From positions 1-64,000 of IMG/VR virus record IMGVR_UViG_3300000301_000012: 64,000 nucleotides of DNA. One strand, given 5' to 3'. Within the stretch, counting starts at the first letter, position 1. The number at the start of each line of letters is the position of its first letter. Positions 12,390 through 23,727 of this stretch are shown here, piece after piece. The notes under the pieces were generated by a model. That model was not told the origin of the DNA, did no database searches, and was given only the letters and a program-made list of their open reading frames with translations. Origin of the DNA: a virus. Position numbers and translations under genes: made by a program.

Positions 12390-12842
12390 TTAGCCAACTG
12401 TGGTACTTTCTTCAATTATTACATTGCTTTCATCAACTATTTCTTCTGTTTGTGGTAATTGAATTGCTTCAACCGTAGTTGTAGTAGGAGTAGCTACGGT
12501 AGTTGTTTCGGGAATTGTATATTCTACAGTCATATTTTCACTTTTAATCCGAATAACATCAGTTGCATTTTTAACAAGACCAATTAATTCAGATACAGCA
12601 GAACTTCCACCCATAAAAACTAGCGCTGTTAGTATCTATCCCATTATAGATACCTCTGCTATTAAACCTAGTCCAACTAAAATATCCAGTGAAAAACAAA
12701 AAGCACAAGCAAAAGAAAGAATTGCGGAAATTCCAACTGTTATATATTTACTATAAGGAACATTAACCCATAATTCTTTAAGTCTATCTATTATATACCA
12801 AATAATAACGCTCATCGCGCCAACTAAAAATAACATATCCAT
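12390..12842 (-). CDS. holin-like membrane protein (1 in-frame TAG)
   Basis: Track ORFs 12636-12842 and 12390-12614 share a frame and are joined only by TAG at 12638-12636; I checked that no TAA or TGA lies between them. The N-terminal half has two hydrophobic segments. Stop is TAA. Confidence 0.6.
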
Positions 12843-12916
12843 TTATCATTACCTCCTAATAAAAAGTCGTTAATATTATTATAATCTCTAGTAAATTTGC
12901 TTTTACTTAAAAAATA

Positions 12917-12925
12917 TGATATAAT
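12917..12925 (+). promoter_or_regulatory. extended -10 promoter element (TGATATAAT)
   Basis: TGnTATAAT lies about 50 nt upstream of the first plus-strand gene at 12977. Confidence 0.4.
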
Positions 12926-12976
12926 ATAATAAAATGAATAAGTATATTTATTAAATAATTAAAAAGGAAGGATAAT

Positions 12977-13381
12977 ATGGATTATACACAAATAGAAGAA
13001 AAACATAATTTATATGATAGAATTATAACTACAGCAATGATTAATATGTATAGTTTAAGTAAAGAAAAAGAAGAAATAATTCTAAAAAATGTTGATCCTA
13101 ATAATATTAGTCATTTATTTATGATTGAAGTAGCTAAAATTGTTAATTTATATTGGGGATTTAAAATTAAGATTCAAACTTCTTTTTTTAATTTTAGAAA
13201 ACTTAAAAAACAATGTAGATTAAGTAAAAAAAATACAAAAAGAATTTCTCTTAAAAAAGAGAATTATGCAGCTATTAAAATTGAAAAATTCTTAAAAGAT
13301 ATTCAAAAAGCTTACGAAACAAAACCTAGTATCTTTAGGGATATTTATGATGCTTATTATGCCTGTAATGAGGTGATATGA
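12977..13381 (+). CDS. hypothetical protein
   Basis: 134-aa ORF with AAGGAAGG before the ATG and a TGA stop that overlaps the next start. Confidence 0.6.
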   Translation: MDYTQIEEKHNLYDRIITTAMINMYSLSKEKEEIILKNVDPNNISHLFMIEVAKIVNLYWGFKIKIQTSFFNFRKLKKQCRLSKKNTKRISLKKENYAAIKIEKFLKDIQKAYETKPSIFRDIYDAYYACNEVI

Positions 13382-14397
13382 TGGTAACAATTATAATGCC
13401 AGTTCATAACAATAAAGAATTATTTAAATAGGCATTAGAATCTTTATGTCTTTAGACTAAAAAACTTTTTAGAGTTTATATAGTAGATGATAATAGTGAA
13501 GAAGATATTCAAAGTATTGTTTCTTAGTTTAAGAATAAACTGAATATTATTTATAGAAAATTAAATGAAAATGTAGGTCCTGGATTAGCGAGACAAATGG
13601 GTTTAGATGCAATTTATAAGCAAAAAGAATAGAATCCTGATTTAAACTTAGATTATGTAATGTTTATGGATTCAGATGATTTACTTTATCCGCGCGCGGT
13701 GGAAATTTTACATCGTGAAGCTATTGGTCATAATGTAGATATGTTATACTCATAGATTATGAGAGATGAAAAAGGTGGCACAGGTGGGGTTATTGATAAC
13801 GATAATAATACTACTTGGCTTCATGGAAAGATTTATCGAGTTGATTTTTTAAAAGATAATAATATTCGATTTTTAGATAGTATTAAATATAATGAAGATG
13901 CTTATTTTAATTTAGTTGCAGCCTTTTTAGCTAAAAGACGATTTCATGTTCAAGAAGTAACTTATCTTTGGAGAGATAATAAAAAATCAGTTACTAGAAC
14001 TAATTCTCTTTTGTTTAAAAAAGAACATAATGTTGAATATTTAATTTCTCAAGTTGAAGCAACTTTGAAGATTTTAGATAGTGTAAAAGACGCCGAAGGA
14101 TTAATTCCAACTTTATCTAATATTTATTGTAGCTATCAATATGAAAAATATTTATATCATCATAATACTAATTTTATTAATGAGAAAATAATTAAAATTT
14201 TTAATAATCCTAAAATTATTAAAATATTCGATAAAAAACCATTAATTAAAAAATTAGCATTTTCAATTCCTAGTTCAGTAGTAGTATGTGATAGCGTATA
14301 TTTCTTTAGTGAAAACTTTATTGAATGGATGAATAATTTTTAGGATGAAACAATGAATCAATTGGCTTAGAAATTAATTTGGAAAATAGAGGAATAA
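13378..14397 (+). CDS. family 2 glycosyltransferase (7 in-frame TAG)
   Basis: The translation has IIMPVHNN...ALESLCL-TAG-T, DDNSEEDI and FMDSDD motifs. I walked the frame: TAG at 13429, 13453, 13525, 13630, 13753, 14341 and 14368. The first TAA is at 14395, 2 nt before the next ATG. Confidence 0.85.
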
Positions 14398-14399
14398 AT

Positions 14400-14930
14400 A
14401 TGAAAATTATAGTTATTAACGGTTTTCCCGGCGCGGGAAAAGATGAATTTGTTAATTGTTGTAAAAAATTAATTGGAGAACCTTATGTTAGTAATATATC
14501 AACCGTTGATTTTGTAAAATATATAGCTGCTGAATGTGGATGGGATGGGACTAAAACTCCAGAGAATAGAGCTTTTCTTAGTGATTTAAAAGATTTATTG
14601 ACAAACTGGAATGACGTACCTTTTAAAAAGGTTGAAAAGGCGCTTTCTCTTTAGAAAGATGAATGGTCAATTTATGGAGTTTTAGAAAAGGGAATTATTT
14701 TTATTCATTGTAGAGAACCAAAAGAAATTCAAAAACTTTGTACTAGACTTGGCGCCATTGCTATTTTTATTAATCGAAAAGAAGCAAAAGAAAAATCTCA
14801 ATCCAATCATGCAGATACAGAAGTTGAGAATTTTAGATATAACTATTATATTGATAATAATGGAACAATAGATGATTTAATGAAAGAAGCTAAAAATTTC
14901 TTAATTAATTTGAAAATTCTTAAAAAATAA
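14400..14930 (+). CDS. P-loop kinase, dNMP-kinase-like (1 in-frame TAG)
   Basis: The translation starts MKIIVINGFPGAGKDEF. TAG lies at 14652-14654 and the frame continues to TAA at 14928. Confidence 0.7.
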
Positions 14931-14972
14931 GCTATAATTTATATAGAAACTTTAAAGGAAAGGAAAAGATAT

Positions 14973-16079
14973 ATGGAAAATTTAGTTATTGATAATATCG
15001 ACTTTAACGAATTAGAGAGTGAGAAATACTGGAGCTTTCCAAAATCTTATAAGGGCGATGCTAAACATGACACAAAAATGATGATTTTCTCTGGTGATTA
15101 TCTTGGCGCTAGAAAAATGGATGGTGCCTATTATCGTTTCACTAAATCTCTGGATGGAGAAATGAAACTCCAGGGTCGTTCTCGGAGTGTAAGTGGCGAT
15201 TTTCTTAATAAGATTGGTCATGTTCCTCAGCTTATGAACTTTTTTAATGCGCTGCCGCCTGGTACGTGTTTGCTCGGGGAGCTATATTTTCCTCAAAAAG
15301 AAGGTTCTCAAAATGTAACTACCATTATGGGTTGTAAAGAAGATAAGGCTATTGACCGCCAAGAGAAAGGTATGAAACTTCATTATTATATTTTTGATAT
15401 TTGGGCTTGGAATGGACTATCTTTCCTTACAAAGCGCGCGGTCGATAGATTCAATTATCTTATGAATAGGGCGTATGCTTATCAAAGTGAATATGTTGAA
15501 TATGCGAAATATTCTAGTGGAGAAAAACTTTGGGAAAATCTTCAAACTATTTTAGCTAATAACGGTGAAGGAATCGTTATGACAAAGAAAGATTCAATTC
15601 CTCAACCTGGTAAGCGCACAGCTCGAAAGACTTTAAAAGTCAAGAAGGAATTGGAGCAGAGCATTGATTGTTTCTTTACTGGTAAAGCCACCCCTCCTAC
15701 TAAGGAATATACTGGTAAGGAAATTGGTACATGGAAGTATTGGATTGATGAAGTCACTGGAGAGCGACTTGAAGAAGGAGAACATTATAGAGATTATAGT
15801 ATGGGAAAAACTATTATTCCAGTAACTAAACCTTATTATTATAATTGGGCGGGAAGTTTAGAGATTGGAATTTTAAAGGATAACAAAGTTTTTCCGATTG
15901 GTTTTATTAGTGGCGTTTCGGATGAAATTAAGAAGAATTATAAGGATTATTCGATGCGGCCGATTGAAGTTACAGCTATGGAAGTACATCCGACAGGAGG
16001 CTTACGCCATGCAAAATTTATTGGCTTTCGAGATGATTTAACTCTACAAGATTGTACTTATAATAAAATTTTTGGATAA
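14973..16079 (+). CDS. ATP-dependent polynucleotide ligase (DNA ligase most likely; RNA ligase not excluded)
   Basis: Nucleotidyltransferase motifs are present: K-x-D-G (ARKMDGAY), GELYF, EGIVMTKK and LKVKK. Confidence 0.8.
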   Translation: MENLVIDNIDFNELESEKYWSFPKSYKGDAKHDTKMMIFSGDYLGARKMDGAYYRFTKSLDGEMKLQGRSRSVSGDFLNKIGHVPQLMNFFNALPPGTCLLGELYFPQKEGSQNVTTIMGCKEDKAIDRQEKGMKLHYYIFDIWAWNGLSFLTKRAVDRFNYLMNRAYAYQSEYVEYAKYSSGEKLWENLQTILANNGEGIVMTKKDSIPQPGKRTARKTLKVKKELEQSIDCFFTGKATPPTKEYTGKEIGTWKYWIDEVTGERLEEGEHYRDYSMGKTIIPVTKPYYYNWAGSLEIGILKDNKVFPIGFISGVSDEIKKNYKDYSMRPIEVTAMEVHPTGGLRHAKFIGFRDDLTLQDCTYNKIFG

Positions 16080-16080
16080 G

Positions 16081-16110
16081 AAAAAGAGAGGTAGAAATAC
16101 CTCTCTTTCT
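16081..16110. terminator. bidirectional terminator between convergent genes
   Basis: Stem GAGAGGTA-GAAA-TACCTCTC is flanked by an A-run and a T-run. Confidence 0.7.
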
Positions 16111-16119
16111 TTATATATA

Positions 16120-17037
16120 TTAACCCCAAACACCAACTGTTTTAACCCAGGCGCTTCCATCCCAATAATTTAAAGTATGCTCAGAACTATTAATCCATAG
16201 AAGAGAAGTATCTGAAGGAGCTTCAGCCTATATTACGAAACTAGTTGTTTTAGGGGCATCAATCCATTGAGGGCCAGAAGAGCTATAACCAAGAATTTTT
16301 CCATCAGTTCCACCTTCAGGGAGGCCAGATGGTAAATTCTAAGGTTCAGGAATTCCAGAAGAATCAAAGCCTATTACCTAACCAGGTTTACCTGTTATAA
16401 AAGGCATAGCAAAATAACTCCAAGAACTCCACGAGATTCCTGATTCGGAAGATATAATACCATATCGGACATATCCACAACTAGGAGCTAAATCAACCGG
16501 AACCATAGAATAAATATTCTAAATTATCATTGCATATCCTTCAAAACCTGTAGAAGATGGGCCAACAAAATGGCGTACTTCTAAATAAAAAGCTGTAGCT
16601 ATCTCTTTATTAGGAATATTCGAAATTTCTGGATAAGTCGTACCGTTAGACATTCCAACATAAGTTCCAGGCTCAGTTACGTCATTTAAATCTGTAATTT
16701 CTAATTCATGCAATGATTTCATATTTGCATAGTCTAATTGTATGGCGGTATTACTTTTGTCATTCTATGCAATGGCATTTCCATCTTCGTCAAAGCCTAC
16801 TATTTGACCTTGAGTGCCAGTTAACTTATTTTGTTTATTTGTAATAAGATTCCTTAAAATCTCGTCTGTAAATGGAAGCTGAGTATAAGTTTTAGTTCCA
16901 TCGCCAACTTTAGCTCTTAGCTCTCCACTATCAGTGTCTATTAAAATAATTTCACCATTAAGTAAAACAGGATTATTAACTGTCCAATTGACGGCGGTAT
17001 CTCTCTTTAGCTTAATTCTTGCATTAAAATTGCTCAT
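16120..17037 (-). CDS. tail fibre paralogue with shared N-terminal domain (5 in-frame TAG)
   Basis: The frame was walked codon by codon: TAG at 16765, 16519, 16378, 16339 and 16228, and no TAA or TGA until 16122-16120. The N-terminus reads RIKLKRDTAVNWTVNNPVLLNGEI...GDGTKTYTQLPF. Confidence 0.8.
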
Positions 17038-17051
17038 TTATACCACCTCAA

Positions 17052-17984
17052 TCATATATAACTATTATATCCAACTGCAAACACTGAAATATATCCAGAA
17101 ACACCTGTAGTACTGGTAGGTCTAATTAAATAACATTGAGGAACATACCTATCTATATAACTTATAATTGGATTAATCCAAACTAATGCTGATAAGCTAT
17201 TATTAGAAATAAAAGACATCTGAACTTCCGGATTTATACTAGACGAATCCATACCTTTCCAACGATAGGCAGTAGAACTATATGGAGAATTAGAACGATA
17301 CCAACTTCCTAATGCAGTATTTACGTTTACATTAGAAACATTAATCTGTTGCCATTCAAAAATAACACCATTATCAAAGTGCATCCATCCTCCACTAGAA
17401 CTATTAGAACCAGCATCTGCCCAAGTATACATGTCATTTACTTTACTATACATTGCAGAAGACATTAGTCCGCTAGAAGAAGCAGAAGCATTTCCAATAT
17501 AAGAGGTAATATCAGACCAAGTTCCCTAATTAGAATTACTTCTTCTTAAAAATTGTCCGCTGCTACCTGTATTTGTAGGACTGTCCATTTTATCATTTAA
17601 ATCAGAAGTGTTTGCTTTATTATTTAAATTAGACTAAAGATTAGCGATTTCAGAAATAGCATGAGTATGACCCGTATTTGATTTTCCATCTAAGCTAGTT
17701 TGTAGATTAGTTACATCTGAAATAGTATGAATATGCTTATCTGGAACAAATACGCTAGGCTTGCCCTAAATATCATCCCAGTTTACTTCTACAGTAGAAT
17801 CTCCAAATTCAAAATATTGTAAATCGTTAAAATTACTTGTACCATTACCAATCTTTATTTTTAAAGAGCCGTCAGTCATATCAACTAGAACAATTTCTCC
17901 ATTTAGAAGAAGGGGATTATTAGATTCCCAATTTGCCTGAGTATCTCTTTTACTTTTGATTCTTGCGTCATAAATTTGACTCAT
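17052..17984 (-). CDS. tail fibre paralogue with shared N-terminal domain (3 in-frame TAG)
   Basis: GGAGGAATAAAA lies before the ATG at 17984. TAG at 17766, 17634 and 17526; stop is TGA at 17054-17052. The C-terminal domain is similar to that of 53707-54639. Confidence 0.8.
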
Positions 17985-18131
17985 TTTTATTCCTCCGTTA
18001 TTTAAAATAGCGTACCGTTTCATCAACGATATTTTATTTTATTATTTTATTCAATTCTTCTCTAGTAAGCAATCCTTAAAAATAGACAAAAAGCCGTTAT
18101 TTGCATAACGGCTATTGTCCTTTATTCAAAA

Positions 18132-19874
18132 TTACATAGCAGTAGTAGAAGTACCGCAGTCAAATACGATAGTAGCATTTTGAGTTAAGTCGTCCATCTT
18201 ACCAGTAGTAGCGACTTCTGCTAAATCTTCAGCATCTACTTTAGCGTCTAAAGCAGCCTGTAAGCCATTAACATTGGCAATTGTAGGCTGAGCGCGAGTA
18301 ACAGTGATAATACCGTCAGCTTCGCTTACAGCAGTAACAAACTGATTTGCTACAGCAGCATCTTCTTTATCTAAAGCACCAATAGCACTAGTAATTTGAG
18401 TTGTTACATTAGTTGAACCAACTAAAGTTTCTAAAGCATCTAAATCCTGACCTAATTGAGTAACAGTAGAAGCATCAGCCTTACCAGCTAAAGCAGTATC
18501 TAAACCAGCTACTTTATCAGTAGTAATAGCAGGAATATCAGCAGCAGTTAGAGCTTTTCTAGTAACTGCAATTTTACCGTCGGTTTCACTTACGGCAGTA
18601 ACGAACTGATTAGCGACTTCACTGTCAACTACGTCTAATGCACCGATTGCCTCAGTAATATTAGCAGGAGTAGCTTTGCCGGCTAAAGCAGCGTTTAAGC
18701 CGCCAATTTTATCCATAGAGATATTAGCACTAGCAGAAATATCAGCATCGGTAATTGCACCTTTTACTGCGTAGCTAGATTCATCACCTAATAGTCTCCA
18801 TGCTTCACCGTCATAAACATATTCTTTAGCTTGGTAGGTAACTACGTCGCCAGAAGCAGGAGAATATTCAGGTTTCTCATCAATAGTTACACTAGTAGCA
18901 GGGTCTGTGGTAGATTCACCAACATAGTGCATAGCACCAGAAAGTCCAGCAACTGCATTATTAACATCAGTCATAGTAGCAACTTTATTACTTGTAGCAT
19001 TATAAGTAGTATTAAATACTAAAGTATCTTGCTTTCCAGCTAAAGCTGTAGTTAAACCAGTAACTTTCTCTTGACCAATTTCTGGAATATCAGCGGCAAC
19101 TAAAGCTCTTGTAGAAGCAGCAACTAAACCATCGGTCTGAGAAATAGAACTAATAATTTGTCCTTGACCAGCAGAAACAGCAGCTAAATCTAAAGCAGCT
19201 AAGGCACCGCTTGCAGCAGTCTGAGCAGCGGCAACTTTTTCATCTGTATACTTCTTTACACCAGCGATTGTATTAGCAGTAGAAGGATCCTCGGCAGTAC
19301 CTAATAATTCAGTTTTTACACCAGTTGCAGCACCAGCAGCATCATAAGCAGTACTTTGAGTATAAGCCGCGCTACCTAAACCAGCAACAGGAACGTCAGT
19401 GCCATTAAACTTAACAGTACCGTTAGTATCACCAGTAGTTAAAGTAACAGTAGGGGCAACTAAAGCAATCTCACTTACATCAGTCCAATCTGGAGCTCCA
19501 ATTTCTTTGGACTGAAGTTTGAAGCCCATATTGCCATTTTTTACAATTTGATATGTAGTATTGGTATCTTCTACTTCACCAGAAATAAAATCTTCTAGTC
19601 CTTGAATTTCAGAAGCTTGATAGACGGGTTTTGAAGCAGCTTTAGCCCAAGCATAAACATCTGCAGCCTTACCACTTATCCAGTCTAAAGCAGCGAATTT
19701 CTTAATACCATCACCAACTTTTAAAAGATAAGCAGGCTCATTAAGACCAGTACCAGATTCGGCAGGAACTTCAACAACAGCAAGCTCGCCTTTTAAAAGA
19801 ATTGGATTTGTGGCAGTCCAATTGGCATAGGTATCATATTTTAGCTTAATTCTAGTATTAAAATTTGTAGCCAT
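18132..19874 (-). CDS. tail fibre protein (Ala-rich, repeated L-x-x-ALAGK motif)
   Basis: 580-aa uninterrupted ORF with the same N-terminal domain (RIKLKYDTYANWTATNPILLKGEL). The motif GL..ALAGK occurs 4 times. Confidence 0.85.
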   Translation of the reverse strand: MATNFNTRIKLKYDTYANWTATNPILLKGELAVVEVPAESGTGLNEPAYLLKVGDGIKKFAALDWISGKAADVYAWAKAASKPVYQASEIQGLEDFISGEVEDTNTTYQIVKNGNMGFKLQSKEIGAPDWTDVSEIALVAPTVTLTTGDTNGTVKFNGTDVPVAGLGSAAYTQSTAYDAAGAATGVKTELLGTAEDPSTANTIAGVKKYTDEKVAAAQTAASGALAALDLAAVSAGQGQIISSISQTDGLVAASTRALVAADIPEIGQEKVTGLTTALAGKQDTLVFNTTYNATSNKVATMTDVNNAVAGLSGAMHYVGESTTDPATSVTIDEKPEYSPASGDVVTYQAKEYVYDGEAWRLLGDESSYAVKGAITDADISASANISMDKIGGLNAALAGKATPANITEAIGALDVVDSEVANQFVTAVSETDGKIAVTRKALTAADIPAITTDKVAGLDTALAGKADASTVTQLGQDLDALETLVGSTNVTTQITSAIGALDKEDAAVANQFVTAVSEADGIITVTRAQPTIANVNGLQAALDAKVDAEDLAEVATTGKMDDLTQNATIVFDCGTSTTAM

Positions 19875-19890
19875 TTATATACCTCCAAAA

Positions 19891-21246
19891 TTATTCACTC
19901 ACAATAGGAGCAGCATTACCACCATTTAAAATAATTTCTGTTCCAGGAGTTTGTACAACTTTATCTATATTTAAAGTATTAACTGTCATTTTACCAGTGC
20001 CATCGACAGCAACTGTATTTTCTTCTGAACTGCTAACTACAACACCAGCTGCAGCGTCAGTAGCAAAAGGAACAGTTACAACACCTTCATCGGGAACCAA
20101 AGGAGTTGCACCAACTGTTACACCAGTAAGTTTAGCGTCTAATGCTTCAGGCAATCCTGTAATTTTATCTTGACCAATAGCTAATACACTTAAAGTACCA
20201 GTTCCTGCATCAAGGTTAAATTCCTCAGATACATCTTTAATAGTAGCAGAATCAGTTAATTTGGTTATTAATTCATCAGAAACTAAAGATTTGCCTTCTT
20301 CAACATTGACTTTTCCAGCAAGAGCGCCACTTAAACCAGTAACTTTAGACTGGTCAATAGCAACGACACTTAGCTCGCCTTCTTCAGAAAGGTTTAATTC
20401 ACCTTCTTCAACAGTTTTAATATTTGCTAAACCTTGTAGTTTAGTAATATCAGCATCAGGCACTAAAGAACTACCAGCAACTTTATCAACTTTATTTCCT
20501 AAAGCCTCGGTAACTGATGCAGTAGTAGCATAAGCGCTTAGATCAACGAAGCCAGAAAGTACATCCCATTTAAATTCATTTTCACCAACATCAATACAAA
20601 CTACATTTGTACCAGCGGGATATGATTTTCCAGTACCTTCTACGAAGTTTTCAGTTGTAGTGAAAGCGTTATTTACGTTATAAACCTTTCCCTCTTCTGT
20701 AGCAGCTAAAGCAGGTAAAGATTCAAAAGCAATTGTACCAGCAGGTTTATAAGTAGAACTAATAGCAACAGAAATTTTTTCATCTATTTTACCATCAGTT
20801 TCTGTTTTATTATAATAATTAGCAAATTTTCCATCAATTACTGCATCAGCGGCAATATAATCAGCGACTACTTCATCGATAGCGGCCCAAAGATCCGTAG
20901 CTGCTACTGTACTTTCTTCGCCTTTAGTACCAACAGAAGTTTCTAAGTTAGAAACTTTACCCTGAAGTTCAAGAATATCTTCAGTTAAATCTCCAGAGCT
21001 AGTAGTAGCAGCTAATTTTACAAGCGCGCCAGCAGTATTTTGAATCATATATGCTTCAACAGTGGTTTCAACCTCATTGACCAAACTTAAAATTTGACCA
21101 ACATAGGCGACAGGACTGGTTTGAGCATAGTTCTCCATTGCGGCTTTATCATACCAAACTGAATATTCATCAATAGGGAATGGATTACCACGACGAATAC
21201 TTAGAGGTAAAGCCATATAAGCAATCTATTTATTAATTACAGCCAT
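19891..21246 (-). CDS. tail fibre / structural protein (1 in-frame TAG)
   Basis: GGAGGAAAGATAA lies before the ATG at 21246. TAG is codon 7 (21228-21226) and the rest is the 441-aa track ORF. It contains GLSGALAGK and GLPEALDAK repeats. Confidence 0.8.
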
Positions 21247-21266
21247 TTATCTTTCCTCCTTCCCTA

Positions 21267-22325
21267 TTATCCTATTACTACCTTATGGTCTTCAGTAGCA
21301 TCAATAGATGCTGGTTGATAAACGAAAACATCATAAGGAACAGCAGTATAGCCATTTGCACCTTCAACTTGAACCGGAGCTTCTTGCTTTACATAACTAG
21401 AAGTTACATCGGCATTTAAACTAGAAGTAATATTAGCAGCGGTTACTTCAAGACCAGAAGATTGAGGTACAGCAATAATAATTCTTTTTGTATCTGCTTG
21501 AGCCTTAATGCTATTAATAGTCATAGCTGCGGCAGCCTTTCCCCCAGGAGTAAGTGAGCGAATAGTAGCACTATCCAAAGGAGTAGTAGCATTATTTACT
21601 CCATAGAAAATTTGACGATATCCAGTAGCAGCAGCACTTTGACCAGATTTAGAACCAGCTTTAATCTGACCTTCGGCATATTCATTACCTAAATTTGTTA
21701 CGGGGATCGCGCCGGCTCCGTGTTGAGCGGTAGCAATAATTCTTAAATTAGTGCTATCTCCAACCTGTATCTAAGCAAAAGTACCTGTTGCGGTAGTTAA
21801 CTATTCTTCTCCTAACTGAACGGTCCAAGAAGTAGCAGTAATACCAGTATCAGGACCATAAGAATAAGAGCCTTTATTTAGAGTAGCATTATAAGAAACA
21901 GTAATATTACTACCAGCTTCCATAGCTTTCATTTGACTAGAAGAAACAGAAACCGTAGGTTGAGTAACAGTAGGATTCTTTTCTTCTGCGAAAGCATCAG
22001 TTAATAATTGCTCTAAAGTTTTTCCTTCTGCAGGAACAGTAACTTGACCATCACCGCCAGGAGTGTATTTACCGAAAGCATAGGTAAAAGTTAAATCCTG
22101 GTCAAAACTAACATTTCCAGCATCAACTTCTACTATATCCTGACCGCCAGAATAAGGTAATTGGCCCCAAGTAGTAACACCATCGCCATATTTAACGCGA
22201 CCTTTATTTTCTCCATCAGTAGTTAAACAAGCTTCACCCTCAAGAGGAATTAAAGTTTCAGCCACTGATTGCCAATTGGCTTCAGTATCATGTCTAAGTT
22301 GAATCCTTGTTTTTAATTCAGCCAT
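21267..22325 (-). CDS. tail fibre paralogue with shared N-terminal domain (2 in-frame TAG)
   Basis: Track ORFs 21801-22325 and 21267-21578 share a frame. TAG at 21801 and 21771, with no TAA or TGA between them (checked). Confidence 0.8.
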
Positions 22326-22342
22326 TCATTTTTCCTCCATTT

Positions 22343-22906
22343 TTATAATGTTGCGGTTCCACCATCAAGAATTAGATAGAAACCTTCTTTGTTTTTTAAT
22401 CTATCTACTTCTAATGAATTAACTTCAGCAGTTCCATCGGCTAAAATTTTAATCTTATTATCTTCATCACTACTCTTAATAACGCCAAGAGTGTCATTTG
22501 TACCAATTGGAATATTAGCCTTATTATCCTCAATTGGAACATCTACTCCACCAATAGTGATTCCATTTAGCCCGCCGCCCTCACTAGGAGTAGGAGTGTA
22601 CCATTCTAAGTCACCAGAAGCACCTTTTCTAAGAATTTGTCCAGCTTGTGCTTCTGCAAATCCTTTTAATGATAATTTACCAAGTCCATCGACTACAATG
22701 GATACATCATCGGTATCAACATTAATAGAATCACCGCCAATATAAGGCAGCTCTTTCCAAGCTGTTGTACCATTACCGACTTTTAATTTGCCGGTATCCA
22801 TTTCAAAACCTGGTTCTCCCTCTCTTAAAGTAGGATTTATAGTAATCCATTCAGCGGAAGTGGCGCGCCGAAATTTAATTATAGCTTTATAAAGAATTTC
22901 CGCCAT
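22343..22906 (-). CDS. tail fibre paralogue with shared N-terminal domain
   Basis: 187-aa ORF. The N-terminus reads KFRRATSAEWITINPTLREGEPGFEMDTGKLKVGNGTTAWKELPY, which resembles HylP/Mtd-type N-terminal fibre domains. Confidence 0.8.
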   Translation of the reverse strand: MAEILYKAIIKFRRATSAEWITINPTLREGEPGFEMDTGKLKVGNGTTAWKELPYIGGDSINVDTDDVSIVVDGLGKLSLKGFAEAQAGQILRKGASGDLEWYTPTPSEGGGLNGITIGGVDVPIEDNKANIPIGTNDTLGVIKSSDEDNKIKILADGTAEVNSLEVDRLKNKEGFYLILDGGTATL

Positions 22907-22917
22907 AGTATCACCTT

Positions 22918-23271
22918 TTAATATCCATTAATATCTCCACCATCGTAAATTAAAATGGTGTCCTCAAAACCTTCGTCCTAATATCCATGTACATCTCCAC
23001 CATCATATATAATGACGTTATCTGTAGGAGGTTCTGGTTCTGGTTCATCTCCTCCTCCAGACCCACCGGAAGAAGGCTTTTTAATCCACTAATCTTGACC
23101 ATTTAGAAAATAGATTGCGCCAGTATCAATAACATAACAAGTACTTCCCATTGGAACCTTAGTAAGGGTGCCTCGTAAATCTATTTTATCCATATCTTCT
23201 AAAGTGTCGCAGATAAAATGTTGAAATGGAATATTAGGGGTTTTACCAGTTCGTTTTAATATATAAGCCAT
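22918..23271 (-). CDS. small structural protein (2 in-frame TAG)
   Basis: AAGGAGG lies before the ATG at 23271. TAG at 23089 and 22978; stop is TAA at 22920-22918. The C-terminus has a repeated YDGGD(V/I).GY motif. Confidence 0.6.
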
Positions 23272-23341
23272 AGTTCGCCTCCTTTTGCCGATTGTCATTC
23301 ATTTAATAAGTGGATAAGCTATACCCCATCTTTACTTATTT

Positions 23342-23713
23342 ATGGTGAAAAAAATGAGTGGTTATGAAATGCACATAATTCAAATACTACAAAAAGAAAA
23401 AATTAACTTTATAAGAGAGAAAACCTTTCAAGACTTAAAAAATGGAGCTTTACGTTTTGACTTTTATCTTTATGAAAAAAATATTATAATAGAAGTAGAT
23501 GGAGAATACCATTTTAAACCCATCAGAGGGCGCCAGAAATTTTTACTTCAAACAGAATATGATAGAAAGAAAAATAGTTATTGTTTAGCGAACAATATAT
23601 CTTTATATAGAATTCCTTATTGGGAACTAAAAAATATAAAAAATTTTTCAGATATCTTAAATAATAAATTTTTAGTAAAAACTCGCTGGCATAATGACAA
23701 ATTAGTGAAATAA
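23342..23713 (+). CDS. PD-(D/E)XK-fold endonuclease-like protein (DUF559/Vsr-like)
   Basis: The 123-aa translation has FDFYLYEKNIIIEVDGEYHF. Confidence 0.55.
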   Translation: MVKKMSGYEMHIIQILQKEKINFIREKTFQDLKNGALRFDFYLYEKNIIIEVDGEYHFKPIRGRQKFLLQTEYDRKKNSYCLANNISLYRIPYWELKNIKNFSDILNNKFLVKTRWHNDKLVK

Positions 23714-23727
23714 ATGGAGAGAGAAAG

